From NCBI RefSeq assembly GCF_037042905.1, contig NC_087252.1, forward strand, positions 6,634,001 through 6,698,000: a stretch of DNA of 64,000 nucleotides, given 5' to 3'. This DNA comes from Lytechinus pictus. Taxonomy: Eukaryota. This document shows, piece after piece, positions 12,601 to 23,817 of the stretch. The translations under genes were made by a program, and so were the position numbers. Below the pieces are notes generated by a model. It made no database searches and was not told the origin of the DNA. It saw nothing but the letters and a program-made list of their open reading frames with translations. The number at the start of each line of letters is the position of its first letter. Within the stretch, counting starts at the first letter, position 1.

Positions 12601-15600
12601 AATTCAGATACCCCCCGCCAAAAGAGTTTTTGGTATCCTTTCTTCAAATTGTTTTTGCTCACTCATGCGTGAATGAGGAATAATCTAACTAATTTCAGAT
12701 GAAATTCTAAGCTTTGCAATGGTTAGGTCACTTATCTATTGTATTTGTGATTAAGTTATGACAAATCATCGATAAATCTCGGTTTCGTTTTTTGTGGGAC
12801 GCACTGTATAACACTATAATGTGCAATAATTTTTTTTTTTTTTTTTTTTTATCAGTTACGCCACTGATATAGGCTATTGTATACCTTGGGATCATCTCTC
12901 AGTTACATAAACATAATTTTAAGACGCGAACGGGCTGATCAAGCAAACGCTCAAGCTGCTCTGAAGGAGCTTTATAAAACCCAAGCAATTAATGCTTAAA
13001 CGCACAAGCAAAATGTTCGTTTTATGCATACGCTTTTTAGCGGCGGGGGGGGGGGGGGGGGGGGGCTTGGGGGACTCATGCCCCCCCCCAAAAAAAAAAT
13101 CACGACCAAGAAAGGAAAGGAAAGAGAGGAGGGTGAAACACGATTATTTTTATATATTATGTCAAAATCTATCACAAATTTTGAGTTTTGATATAAAAGT
13201 GTCAAAATTTTTTCCTCGCTCGCAACTTTTAATCGATTTTACGCAATAGGCCTTATTTAGTCCCCTCAAAATATTTGGCTCATTATGCCACGAGGGAGGG
13301 GGGGGGGGGGGAGCGGGTAGATTACACATGCCATCCCCAGCATCCAGACCCATGTGTAACGTAATGTTTATCAAATTGAATATTCTTTTAAAAATTCAAA
13401 TCTTCTGGCGATCACTACAAAATCCCACCCTATCCATCTTTTTTAGCTTGAGTGTGTGTGTGGGTGGGGGGGGGGGGGGACTTCATCACATGCTGTCAAA
13501 GCCCTGGTAGTACAATTTATTCATCGCGAAATCAAAAGGACACGAAAACCTAGGATTCAATATTCAAAGCTGTATTGAAAGATAGTGAAGCAATTCATAT
13601 TAAGGTTGAGTTCATTCAAGTATGGACCTACAAATTAGTTTATTTTCTCATTGGGTTGTTTATTAACTAATTAACTTCATGCGTCGAATTCGTTCGTTTT
13701 TATGGTTTTTATGTCTCAACAGATGACTTCCATTACCCCTTGGGCCTGCAGAGTGGAATCATTCCAGATTCAAGTTTAACGGCTTCAAGTTCATGGAAGG
13801 GCAGTTTGTATGTTTGTTCAGCGCAAAGGGTGCGTTTATTCACTGTCGAAGAATTCAAAAATGGCATAGGAAATTGTGGAGGTTGGGCGCCGGCTGACAC
13901 GGCTAATGAACAAAGAAACGCATGGATACAGGTGAGTTACAAGTCACATTCCCGACCTTTCGTTGGAGAACGCGAACGCTTATTTGCGACGGTAGTTGAT
14001 TTTGGAAGAGACTCTTGGGCCCGTCGTCATGGTCGTAAAACTTTGTCCTGCAATGCAAATTGTGTGACATGATATTTTTTTTCGTTTCGCATCTGGAACG
14101 GAAACATTCAATCTGCGTTTCGTGTGCAAAATTCGGGTTGCTACTATGGTAACAGCGATATATCCGATTTAGGACGACTTTCCAAAGCCACATTTGGTTC
14201 CTCCCAGAGCTCGAGACGCCTCCGGGGGGGGGGGGGGGGGCGACTTCCATTGAAGAGTGGATACCAGGCGCGACCACGCGTAAAAAGGGAAAGAGTGGGC
14301 AAGTACGTTACGTATAGGCCTATGCATACGTTATAAGGGCGTCAAAAACGATGTTTAAAATACTGAAAAGGAGGATATGTTTTCAATACTTGTAGGGTTT
14401 CACAAGTTAAATACTTGTTAAGAGATGCATTTTCATAATCTGGAAAAGCCTTGCTTCCCTTGTTTAGGGTGCTTTTCGAAACCACATGGTCGTGTCTGGT
14501 ATCCACTCATCAATGGAAGTGGTCCCCCGGGAATTCGAATCTAATCCCCATTTCTGGGGAAAGTAAAATATAATGCCCATTACATTGTGTGCTAGAGGCA
14601 TATCGTTTGTGTAGGAGTAAACAAAAGAAAAAAACCCGCAAATTTGGCTGGTACGTGTTCAGACGTATACATGCTGTGTACATAATCAACGCATGCGAAA
14701 TGGTTTCGGATGGAGAGTTGATTTGACCCATGGAATCAATTGCCAGAGATCCACCAATAATCCACATTAAATGCAATATCGAGTCGATGGACTGTAATGA
14801 TCTATATCTAAGCCTTAATTTATTAACTTTTTCCTCACTCAATATGTACTCGATTTGTTTGAAAAACCACTTTCTTATCCATGTCATAATCTATTGTAGG
14901 TCCTGCATTTCGAATATCTCCAGCCATCAGTCGTAATGCACATGCATGTATGGTGCGGGTGTCGCGGGAAAGAATTTTGCTCACGAAAAGCAGATCTGTA
15001 GGACCTGTAACCCCCCTGTAACACAAAGCTTAGCATTGATTGTAGAACAGTTTTCTACGTTTGATTCTGTTGACTATAATGTACAATCAATCTTAAAAAT
15101 CAAGTGTATGATTAAGCGTTAATTTTTGTGTAGGGGGACCCTAATATTAGCGTCCGTGAGGATTGCGAAAGGTGGCTATTATTTAAAAGAGGGGAGGCTA
15201 GAAGTCAAGGTTACTAGCTTGTCTAGCTTGGCTCCTAGCTGACCAGGCTTCCTTTGGGGATGACAACCCTAGCTTGCATTCGTATGGGCTGTGAAGGGAG
15301 AAACCCTGTTTCAGTCCCAGGAGCAAATGACTTCCTCCCTAGCTATATTTGGTTTGGGTTGACTACCCATTCCATCTAATTCCTATTATTTAAGTCTAGC
15401 TTATTATATTGCAGTCGCGGGCCACTTTTCATCAGTTTAAGATTGCAACATCAGGCCCAAAGAACAAAGTAAAGAAAGATTTTATAATGATGATAGATAT
15501 ATTTCATCAAGAAAGAATCAAACTGGTGGCCCACGCTCTGATTACAAATAAGCTTGACTACTGTAATGGTTGTTGTTTGGAATGCCTTATAGTCTTATTT

Positions 15601-18600
15601 CTAAGTTACAAAGAGTCCAAAATACATGTGCAAGACTTATCTACCGAGTCCCAAAGTTCAGTTCCACTACACCTCTTCTGAAAGAACTCCGCTGGTTGTC
15701 TGTACGTCAAAGAATTTCATTCATAATTCTGTTAATTGTATATAAATCATTAATCGGTCAAGCCCCACATTACATTACAGAATTACTCAAACTTAAAACC
15801 CAATCACACAGTCGAAGCCTGCGAAGTTCCACAGATAAATTAATGTTTCAGATCCCATTTCACATAACAAAAGTCACACTTGGTGATCGTGCATGTGCAC
15901 TTGCTGCCCCCCAAACTAATTGATATAAGAAGCTCTTCATCCTTGATTATCTTCAAATCAAAATTAAAACATATCTCGTTAGTTAAGAAAATATGCTGTG
16001 CAGATATAAGTAAAAAGAGCTCTGAACAAGCGCAGCTGAATATATCCATTTGTTACTATTATATATTTGCTTACCGTATGTCGCGCTTAGAGGGCATACG
16101 AACCATCAGCCTTGATAGCCCACCTCGGAAGTCCTAAACCACTCATACTCATATCTGGTCAGGTTCATCACCCATTAATAATGCAACCGCCTCAGTAGTA
16201 ATACTCTATCTTGTCCAAATTTCATTTGAATTAACAATCCTTAGGTTGATCTGTTATTCCTCATCCGAGTACGAGGAGTTGGAACGCAAGGTGCGGAGGT
16301 ATCGTATCGGGTGACTAGCTACAAGATCAACTGCAGTAAAGATGGCATAGCATTTGATACGTTGCAGGATATCAGCAAGAACCCCGTAATTGACAAGGTA
16401 CTTTAAGTCATAAACAGATTCCGCAACATGACACAAACTTGGTTGTCATAGCTATCATGTATGTTTGTATTTAGGTGGATTCGAAGCAAATTTACCTCTT
16501 AAGGTTACATCCAAACCGAATTCTCCCGAATATATTCGGACAGATTTGGCCCGAGTTTGGCCCGATTTGGTAGGATTTGGTGGATACGGAGCCTATTGGT
16601 CACTGAATCAGAGGGAGCCCCCCGAATCAGAGGTGAATCGGTACCCCAAATCAGAGCAAAATCGCGAAGAATTGACTTCACAGAATACTCCAAATTCCGC
16701 CCAGAATCCAACTGAATTTATCCCGAATGTGGCCCGAGTGAAATTTGCAGTGGCCATTATTTGGGAGTATTTTGGAGGGTTAGCCAGGTTTACACCAAAA
16801 TCGAATTCTCCCCAGTGGCGTAACAGGTGGGGGGGGGGGGCAAGCTGCCCCAGATTTTACCTGGAAAATGAAAGAAAAACGGGAAAAAGAATAAAGGAGG
16901 GAGAAAGAAAGGGAAAGGGGAAGGAAAGGGGAAAAGGAAAGAAGGAAAAGGAAAGGGAAAAGTGAAAAGAAAACGAAAAAACCCCACTTTTTTAATGGAA
17001 AAGGAAGGAAAGCGGAAAATGTACGAAAGAAGAACATTTGAGAAAGAACAAATCATTCCGAAATAGGCCTATGTAATGCAATAACACGGTGGGAAATAAA
17101 TTAAAAGATGACAAAATGGCAAACAGTAGTGGGAAACGAAGGTAGAATGTAATTATTCAAAAGCCAAATTGGAAAACAAAGAAAAGGGACAAGGAAAAAC
17201 ATATTAACACGACCGGGCTACCGATGATTGAAGTTAAAGAGCGGGAAGAAAGATGGACTGCATACAACATTGTGCTATAAGCTTGCTAAATTTTATGCAA
17301 ATAAGCTAGCGGGGCTTTGCCCCAGACCCCACGCAGTAGGGGCTCTTCATTTATAACCTTCAAATTGCTCTATAACGCCCCCTTTCAATCACGTTCAATC
17401 ACTGGCGTACAGGCGCGGGGGGAGGGGGTCTTGGTTCCACACCCAAGAAGAAAAACAGGAAATTATAGGAGACAACGTATAATGAAATGAATGGAAACAA
17501 TGAAATGTGTTATTTGCTGAATATAATGGAAAAATCTATCACATAATTATAATTTAATTTCAATAGGCAATTTTTTTTTGCACGTTGGAGACTTTTTACA
17601 AATTTTTCCCACATTGCTATGTTTTGCCCCCTCAAAATATTTGGTTCATTATGCTACTGGGTTGAATAAATGTGTCGTGTAAAAGCTTTATTCTGTATAT
17701 GCCCGCGATTTGATTAAAATAGCGGCAATCTGCGAGGTTTAAATGGCTTTGATATCAAGAAGTTCAGAGGGCTCCGCCACGGACCCCAACCGCAAAGCAC
17801 TGCGTATGGAAGGGTTGGGCCATGGCCCCAAACAGTTATACAAACAAGGAAAAAAAATGAGGTAAGAAAAGCAAAGGAAAAGTGTAGGATATGATTTTTG
17901 ATAATGTCAAAAAATAGCTCAAAGTTTGGTTCTCATGAAAAGGTGATTTTATCTAGCTCGCTTCGCTCTCTCGGGACTTATATAAAGCAGCTTTTTAGCA
18001 CATGTGCTATACTGCGCCCCTCGTTTTTTTTTTTTTTACTCTTCACGCTACTGCCGCAAAGAATCCTGTTCACAGTGGCGTACAGACCACAAAAAAGGAA
18101 TCTAAAGAGAGAAGAGTGAAATATATTATTCTCTGGATATTATGTCAAAATCTATCACAAATTGGATTTTTGCATTAAAAAGGTCAACATTTTTGCTCGC
18201 TCGCTTAGCTCGCTCGCAACTTTTTTTAAAAGATAAATTCTGCCCGCAATATCTGGCCTCAAAATAGTCGCCTCATTACACCTTTACGCCTGTTCATATT
18301 ATGACCGGGATATTTTTGGCTCTTGCTCCCCTCCCCTGGCCATCGACCCCTGTTACGCCGCTGATTCTCCCGAATTAATACGGACGGATTCTGCCCGAAT
18401 ATGGCCTGATTCGGATGAATTCGGTGGAATCGGAACCTAGTCGTTTATTCTATTATGGACCTATTCGTCTCTGATTCGGGGAGGTCCCCGAATAAGAGAC
18501 GAATAGATCCGGAATTATAGTTCCGAATCGGAGCTGAATCGCCGAACGAATAGGTTTCGAATCCATCCGAATCAGGCAATATTCGGGCAAAATCGGTCCG

Positions 18601-21600
18601 ACTTTTTCGGGAAGATTCGGTTTTGGTGTAACCCTGGCTTAATTTGCTACAAAGAGGATACGCGTATTTATACATATTGGTCTGGAATCTTTAGATAATG
18701 ATGAAATAAATCAATGTATGGATGTTACACTTATTTTGTGAAATTATATTTAATATAATTCCTTTTACCTTACTCAAATGTAACACAAAGTTATAATTAA
18801 TTCATTATTGTTACTTAATGTGGATTGGGAATAAGATTAACAATAAAGAAATGGTGAGTGTCTGACGTGTTTTGTAGTATCATTTTGATTAAATTTTTTT
18901 TTTAAATAGTACTTGAAGTCGGTAATATTTTTTGTACAGTTACCCAATCATGCTTATTGGCTGAAACTCTATTCAATTACCTATTATGTTTGCTATTATT
19001 ATAGGTCTTTCCAGGAAACGATCATGGTTGGAACATTGTTGTGAAGAATGTCTTTCCCGAGCCCGTTGTGTGTCGCTACGTCCGTCTTCTACCAATAACC
19101 TGGGAAGAAATTATCTTTCTTCGTATGGAATTATATGGCGAACCCCTTTCAATCATGGGTGAGGAGACGAAAAAATAGCAATATTGGAGCTTTTCAACTT
19201 TTATTTTATTTTGTTTCGAAACATTTGACACAGAATATACATTTCATCATCATAATAAAATTGTGTATGTACTGCGAGAGTACAAATTTCTCTATTAGGG
19301 AAAACGCATTTTGAATAAGGAAAGGTGTATTTTGAATAAGGAAAACGTATTTTGAACCAGGAAATTATTTTAAACGTTTCTTTTATACTTCCTGACGACA
19401 ATCTGCCGTGAAAAATGCATTTTTAATAGAACCAAATATTTTCATCATATCTATATCTATCTATTATATCACTATTCAAGACACCCATGTCTTTTGACAG
19501 GGTAATGTGTGTGTGTGAGTGCGTGTGTATGGAAGGGGGGGGGGGGTCAACTTCCCTGGTAACGTACGTGATCATTAGGTGACATGGCATTTCCCCCTAC
19601 GACAATTGCTCCGGGCTTTTTTTGTCTAATTTGTAGGATGAAGGTTACGTTGCAATAGGGCTTTTCGTTAGGTTGGGGCCATGTAGGTTCAGGGTAGGGT
19701 AAATGCTAAATCCATGCTAAATCCAGGATTGAAGTTAGTCACTTAATTAGTGTGTAGAATCCATAACAAAGCAATTGTTGCCGGGGAAAAATGTCATGGA
19801 ACCGTTCAAGAGCATTATTTTCTAAAACTTGTCACTTTCATGGATTTCTTGGACTGTAGACTCAGGCCTTGTTACTTGGGAATGCATATCGCTCAAGTGC
19901 TACTTCTTCAATGTTCTCCCGCTTACCTGGGAAAATGCGAAAGCCTTTTGTAAGAACCTATCTAGTGTACCTACGGCAACCGGTGACAAGAAACCGTCTC
20001 TTCTCTTTGTGGAAACCGGTAAAGAAATCCGAGACTTCCAGAAAAAGGGATGGGACTTGACTCCGGGTGTTTGGATCAACTGCAACGACTATCAAACCGA
20101 AATGAGCTTTATATGCGATGTGGACGGCAATGGAACTCTGCAAGACACAACCAGTATGTACCGCTTAGATTATTCAATTTTACTGTTTCTTGCTGGGTAG
20201 TGAATTTATTTAGTCAAATTGTTATTACATATGAAGCATATATCGTTATTCTTGTGTGGCAAGGGGTTCCGGAAAGTCCATAATTAATCGTCGAACTAAG
20301 GTTTATCCGGAAATTTATATACCTCGCATCGACACAGCAAAATTGTCTTGTTAACCGGTGTACATAGAGGACCACACCAGTTATTTTACACCGATGTTAA
20401 ATAGACAGTGTTAGTTTAATACCTATATGTGTTATTACAACACCTTTGGTTGTTACATTTACACTCTTTGGTGTTATGTTCAATCTACAGTACAGCTAAC
20501 ACTGTTAGCTCCATGATTCTACTATTTTTCTAATAACCTCGTTGACATGAGGAGACCAGTCAAGATGCTGGTTTACAACAACTCCTAGATATTTAACCTC
20601 ATTTACATTCTGAAGCGTTTCACCATTCATTTTTGTCTCACCTGCATAGCAGAGTGAGACTATAGACGTCGCTTTTCCGACGCCGGCGGCGGCGTCAACA
20701 CCAAATCTTAACCTAAGGTTAAGTTTTTGAAATGACAGCATAACTTAGAAAGTATATGGACCTAGTTATTGAAACTTGGCCATAAGGTTAATCAAGTATT
20801 ACTAAACATCCTGCCGAGTTTCATGCCACATGACCAAGGTCAAAGGTCATTTAGGGTCAATGAACTTTGGCCAAATTGGGGGAATCAACATCAAAATCTT
20901 AACCTAAGGTTAAGTTTTTGAAATGTCATCATAACTTTGAAAGTATGTTGGTCTAGTTCATAAAACTTAGACATAAGAGTAATCAAGTATCACTGAACAT
21001 CCTGTGCGCATTTTAGGTCACATGACCAAGGTCAAAGGTCAATGAACTTTGGCCATAATGGGGGTATCTGTTGAATTACCATCATAACTTTAAAAGTTTA
21101 TGGATCTGACTCGTGAAACCTGGAGTTATCAAGTATAACTGAACATCCTGTGCGAGTTTCAGGTCACATGATCAAAGTCAAAGGTCATGTAAGGTCAATG
21201 AACTCTGGCCACGTTGGGGGTATTTGTTGAATTACCATCATATCTCTGTAAGTGTACTGGTCTAGTTCATAAAACGTGGAAAAAAGAGTAACCAAGTATC
21301 ACTGAACATCTTGTGCAAGTTATAGTAGTTTTCAAAGTCAGCACTGCTGCTATTATTATTATTTCATTCGGCAATTAAATATACATAAATTATAGTACAC
21401 ACACTAAGAAATAAAGGTTCAAAATTGAACCCCGAAAGGTTGAAGTAAAATCAACACCCTATGGGTTAAAAAATCGAACCCCTGATTGGGGTCCAAAAAT
21501 TGAACCCCTGGTTGGGGTTCATTTTTGCACTCTGCGGGTTCAAAACTGCATCCCTACGGGTTCAATTTGAATTTTAGGGGTGCAGTTTTGAACCCGCAGG

Positions 21601-23403
21601 GTGCAAAAATGAACCCCAACCAGGGGCTCAATTTTTGAACCCCAATCAGGGATTCAATTTTTTAACCCATAGGGTGCTGATTTTGCATCAACCTTTCGGG
21701 GTTCAATTTTGAACCTTTATTTCTTAGTGTGCAATACAAATGACACAAACAATAGGACATACACTGTAGGTGACATAGTACAAAGGACCTGGAATAGAGA
21801 TGAAGGGGCTGCCTGGGTTTGGAAAAGGTAAACTGAATTACCATGGCCCACAGGCCTTCCTTCCCACATCCCTTCACCTCATCACCTGAATCGCGTGATG
21901 CAGGTGAGACCGCCAGAGGCATTCCACTTGTTTATTTATAAATTTGATATCTTTTTCTTTCTGCTTGACAACAACATGACCTTGGTTTTATCTATGTTAA
22001 CAATCATACCGTTCTTCCAAAACCATTTTGTAAGGATATTAATGTTTATTTGCAGCTGTTTTTGAACAGGGTTTCTTCCATAACTTGGGATAAAAATAGC
22101 TGTAATCATCTCTGTATAAAGATAAGTGTGTTTTAGGCTGGAAGGGTAAGCTAGTAGTATCATTAATGTGCATATAAAAAATCTAGGGCCCCAAAATGGA
22201 GCCCTGAGGCACTCTTGAATAAACAGGGAGAACATCACTGAGGGTGCCCTCAAAAGATACACACTGCATTCTACCGATCAGGTATGATTTGAACCATTCC
22301 AGTTCTAGTCCTGTAATATCAAAATACTCTAACTTCTTTATAAGGAGGTCATGTGGTATGATGTCGAACGCTTTCCGTAAATCCAAGAAAGCGGCACCTA
22401 CCAATTGGCCATAATGCTATCATACATTTTATAACTGATTTCAGTAAAGCATGTTGCGGTTGAGTAAATTGACGTAAAGCCAGACTGGCGTTCACTAATA
22501 AGGTTGTGTTTTTTTTGGTAACTAATTGTAAGTGAACAGCCCTTTCAAAAAATTTGGCAACCACGAATAATAGAGATATTGGATGAAAGCTATTTAAGTC
22601 TCCACATGATTTCCCCTTAGGTATAGGTACAATCTTGGAAAATTTAAAATCGTAAGGAAATTTGCCTGTCCGTATTGAATAATTGAAAACGTGAAGATAA
22701 AAGGATAAGCGATAGATGTATGATTATTATAAAACAAAGTAATTTGCGCAAAATTGATCGCCCCAACAAAAAAAAACCTTGGACAAAATGATTTTGTTAT
22801 GACTTCATAGGTGCGGCGGAGCAAAGATGAAAGTGGGGGCACACTCGCGAGGGGCACTTTTCTTGGGTTAGAAGGGGCACTGATACGAGAAAGGGCACCT
22901 ACAAGAAGGCAAAGGGGCTCTTTCTTACGGCATAAAACGAGTCCTTCGTAGGTATGAAAGGGGCACAGAACAAGCTCGCCAGTGGCATTTCTCTTGGGTA
23001 AGATGGGGCATTGATACAAGAAAGGGCATCTATAGGAAGCTATAAAAAGGGGTACTTGCTTACAAATAAAAACGGGTCCTTCTCGGGTGTGAAAATGGCA
23101 CAGAACACGCTCGTCAGGGGACATTGTATAAAAATGACTTTTTCATTGCCTAAAGAAGTGGAGGCACTGTGCCACCGCCCCCCCTATCGACGCCCCTGTG
23201 ACTTTAAACAACTGCATGTTAATATTATTTACAATGCTTTATGTATCTTTTTGGGCGCAGATTGGCAAGATGGCGAGCCGAATGGTGACCAAAATGAGAA
23301 CTGTGTCGCTATACCCGTGAACAATCAGGCTGATCACAGAGGCGGTTGGATCGACGTTCCGTGTGGTCATCTATACCATACGATATGCCAGATATCCTTG
23401 TAA
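406..23403 (+). CDS. Gene 1 (5'-partial): HYR-HYR-FA58C-C-type lectin protein; join(406..654,1538..1786,13723..13931,16245..16397,19005..19158,19860..20153,23261..23403)
   Basis: Seven AG/GT-bounded exons with consistent phases (1-1,1-1,1-0,0-0,0-1,1-1,1-stop). No TM segment in the visible part. The HYR-to-FA58C link across the 11.9-kb intron is inferred from phase compatibility. Confidence 0.8.
1232..1409 (-). mobile_element. tRNA-derived SINE
   Basis: Head GGCGCGATAGCTCAGTCGGTAGAGCG...GGTTCGATTCCC (A and B boxes) followed by an unrelated body. Confidence 0.7.
1538..1786 (+). CDS. Gene 1 exon, HYR domain 2
   Basis: tttccag|CC GAC...GCC T|gtgagt; 249 nt; DTTPPNVICHPDI...GDEFPVGSTLIVYVFADGSGNFELCTFVI. 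Confidence 0.92.
1846..1893 (+). ncRNA. Degenerate minimal type I hammerhead ribozyme (Penelope-type)
   Basis: GATC(G)TC-CTGACGA-stem II AGCA/TGCT-TAAAC(GAAAC)-GTC-GAGATC. Confidence 0.45.
2480..3060. repeat. ~111-bp tandem repeat with GCGAGCGCGAAGCGCGAGC core
   Basis: CTATACAATTGATGCGAGCG at 2581, 2681, 2792, variant at ~2903. Confidence 0.8.
3493..3807. mobile_element. hAT-like MITE
   Basis: TIR CATGGGCGGAAATC; 8-bp TSD TCAACCCA/TCAACCAA. Confidence 0.7.
4235..5976. mobile_element. G-tract-terminated MITE hosting the Transib-like insertion
   Basis: TIRs CCCGG(G)nCACTC...GTATGTGCCGCGG; flanking direct repeat (GG)TGCTGCC of 7-9 bp. Confidence 0.7.
4614..5834. mobile_element. Transib-like non-autonomous DNA transposon with RSS-heptamer (CACAGTG) termini
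   Basis: CACAGTGGGCC...AAAGTGCGCCAAAA TIRs; 5-bp TSD CGCCG (4609-4613, 5835-5839). Confidence 0.85.
6993..7079 (-). mobile_element. tRNA-derived SINE head (family of 30405)
   Basis: TGGCTCAGTTGGTAGAGCG...GGTTCAAACCC...GACCAAAAGACGTT. Confidence 0.7.
7613..10670. mobile_element. Academ-like foldback element (TAG...CTA) with very long TIRs and ~177-bp internal tandem units
   Basis: TAGGCCAAGAGCATTAGG inverted ends; 3-bp flank duplication CAT; arms are reverse complements over >1 kb. A TA TSD is an alternative reading. Confidence 0.75.
10744..12806. mobile_element. Tc1/mariner MITE carrying a hAT insertion
   Basis: TA|CAGTG(A/C)GTCCCA...AAACGAAACCGAGATT long TIRs|TA. Confidence 0.85.
11115..12347. 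mobile_element. hAT (Charlie-type ends) MITE
   Basis: TIR CAG(CC/GG)ATTCTCAA; 8-bp TSD TTCTACAG; empty site (single TTCTGCAG) seen in the sister copy at 31831. Confidence 0.85.
13723..13931 (+). CDS. Gene 1 exon, F5/8 type C (discoidin) domain N-terminal part
   Basis: caacag|AT GAC...ATA CAG|gtgagt; PLGLQSGIIPDSSLTASS...GGWAP...AWIQ. Confidence 0.9.
15510..15985 (+). mobile_element. L2/CR1-type LINE 3' relic
   Basis: HALITNKLDYCN, KLQRVQN..ARLI, TPLLKELRWL.VRQRI, RSLRSS. Confidence 0.85.
16245..16397 (+). CDS. Gene 1 exon, FA58C middle part
   Basis: ccttag|GTT...AAG|gtactt; VDLLFLIRVRGVGTQGAEVSYRVTSYKINCSKDG (VDL...GV.TQG...VTSYK motif); not in the ORF track. Confidence 0.9.
16783..18638. 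mobile_element. PIF/Harbinger-like MITE carrying a hAT insertion
   Basis: TIR GCCAGG(T/G)TTACACCAAAA; 3-bp TSD TTA; related partial copy at ~16500-16740. Confidence 0.7.
16813..18363. mobile_element. hAT-like non-autonomous element, copy 1
   Basis: TIR CAG(T/C)GGCGTAACAGG; 8-bp TSD ATTCTCCC. Confidence 0.88.
19005..19158 (+). CDS. Gene 1 exon, FA58C C-terminal part
   Basis: ttatag|GTC TTT CCA GGA AAC...ATG G|gtgagg; VFPGND...RYVRLLPITW...LRMELYG. Confidence 0.9.
19860..20153 (+). CDS. Gene 1 exon, C-type lectin domain N-terminal part
   Basis: ctgtag|AC TCA...ACC A|gtatgt; KCYFF...LTWENAKAFC...WINCND. Confidence 0.88.
20631..21931 (+). mobile_element. Helentron-associated (HINE/DINE-1-like) element
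   Basis: T-rich insertion site, 13-bp subterminal IR GTCTCACCTGCAT/ATGCAGGTGAGAC, (GGC)n and tandem TGACCAAGGTCAAAGGTCA units; splits a LINE RT. Confidence 0.6.
21402..21729. mobile_element. Palindromic CACT-terminated (EnSpm/CACTA-like) MITE
   Basis: CACTAAGAAATAAAGGTTC...GAACCTTTATTTCTTAGTG, near-complete hairpin; a truncated sister copy at ~27205..28872 hosts the hAT element. Confidence 0.75.
23261..23403 (+). CDS. Gene 1 last exon, C-type lectin C-terminal part (EPN/WID)
   Basis: gcgcag|AT TGG; WQDGEPNGDQNENCVAI...GGWIDVPCGHLYHTICQISL-TAA. Confidence 0.9.
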
Positions 23404-23458
23404 AAAGTGGTAGATGACGGAAAACAGAAAATCAAGTAGAAAAAAATTCACACACTAC

Positions 23459-23464
23459 AATAAA
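23459..23464 (+). terminator. Candidate polyadenylation signal of gene 1
   Basis: AATAAA about 55 nt after the stop codon. Confidence 0.4.
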
Positions 23465-23663
23465 CTTAGTTGATAGATGTTTAGTAAATACCGTTGCTCT
23501 TAACAGTTTGGAACAAAAGGAAATGCACAACTTGGTTTACACGTTATTTATTTTGAACCGTGTGATTCATTTTATATCAAATAGTAATTGTGAAGTTTAG
23601 CAATTTTGGGTTGAGCATGTCGGTTGTAGGGTAGTAGTTATGATTGATCCATATTGATGTAAG

Positions 23664-23817
23664 NNNNNNNNNNNNNNNNNNNNNNNNNNNNNNNNNNNNN
23701 NNNNNNNNNNNNNNNNNNNNNNNNNNNNNNNNNNNNNNNNNNNNNNNNNNNNNNNNNNNNNNNNNNNNNNNNNNNNNNNNNNNNNNNNNNNNNNNNNNNN
23801 NNNNNNNNNNNNNNNNN
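23664..23817. other. Assembly gap (154 N)
   Basis: Run of n. Confidence 1.

Larger units (their letters stand above)
20505..22620 (-). mobile_element. Degenerate CR1/L2-group LINE reverse transcriptase relic
   Basis: FLDLRKAFD..PHDLL..KL, WFKSYL..R.Q.V, VPQGSILGP, N..KTK.ML, KYLGV...LDW..HV across frameshifts. Confidence 0.85.

Noticed and set aside
16465-17056. 166-aa ORF and Phe-rich antisense ORFs
   Set aside because: They span MITE junctions and a purine tract; the same tract recurs at 28495-28765.
22594-23260. 176-aa minus-strand ORF and 5' part of ORF 23011..23403
   Set aside because: Derived from an AAGGGCAC-repeat element; only 23261..23403 is exonic.
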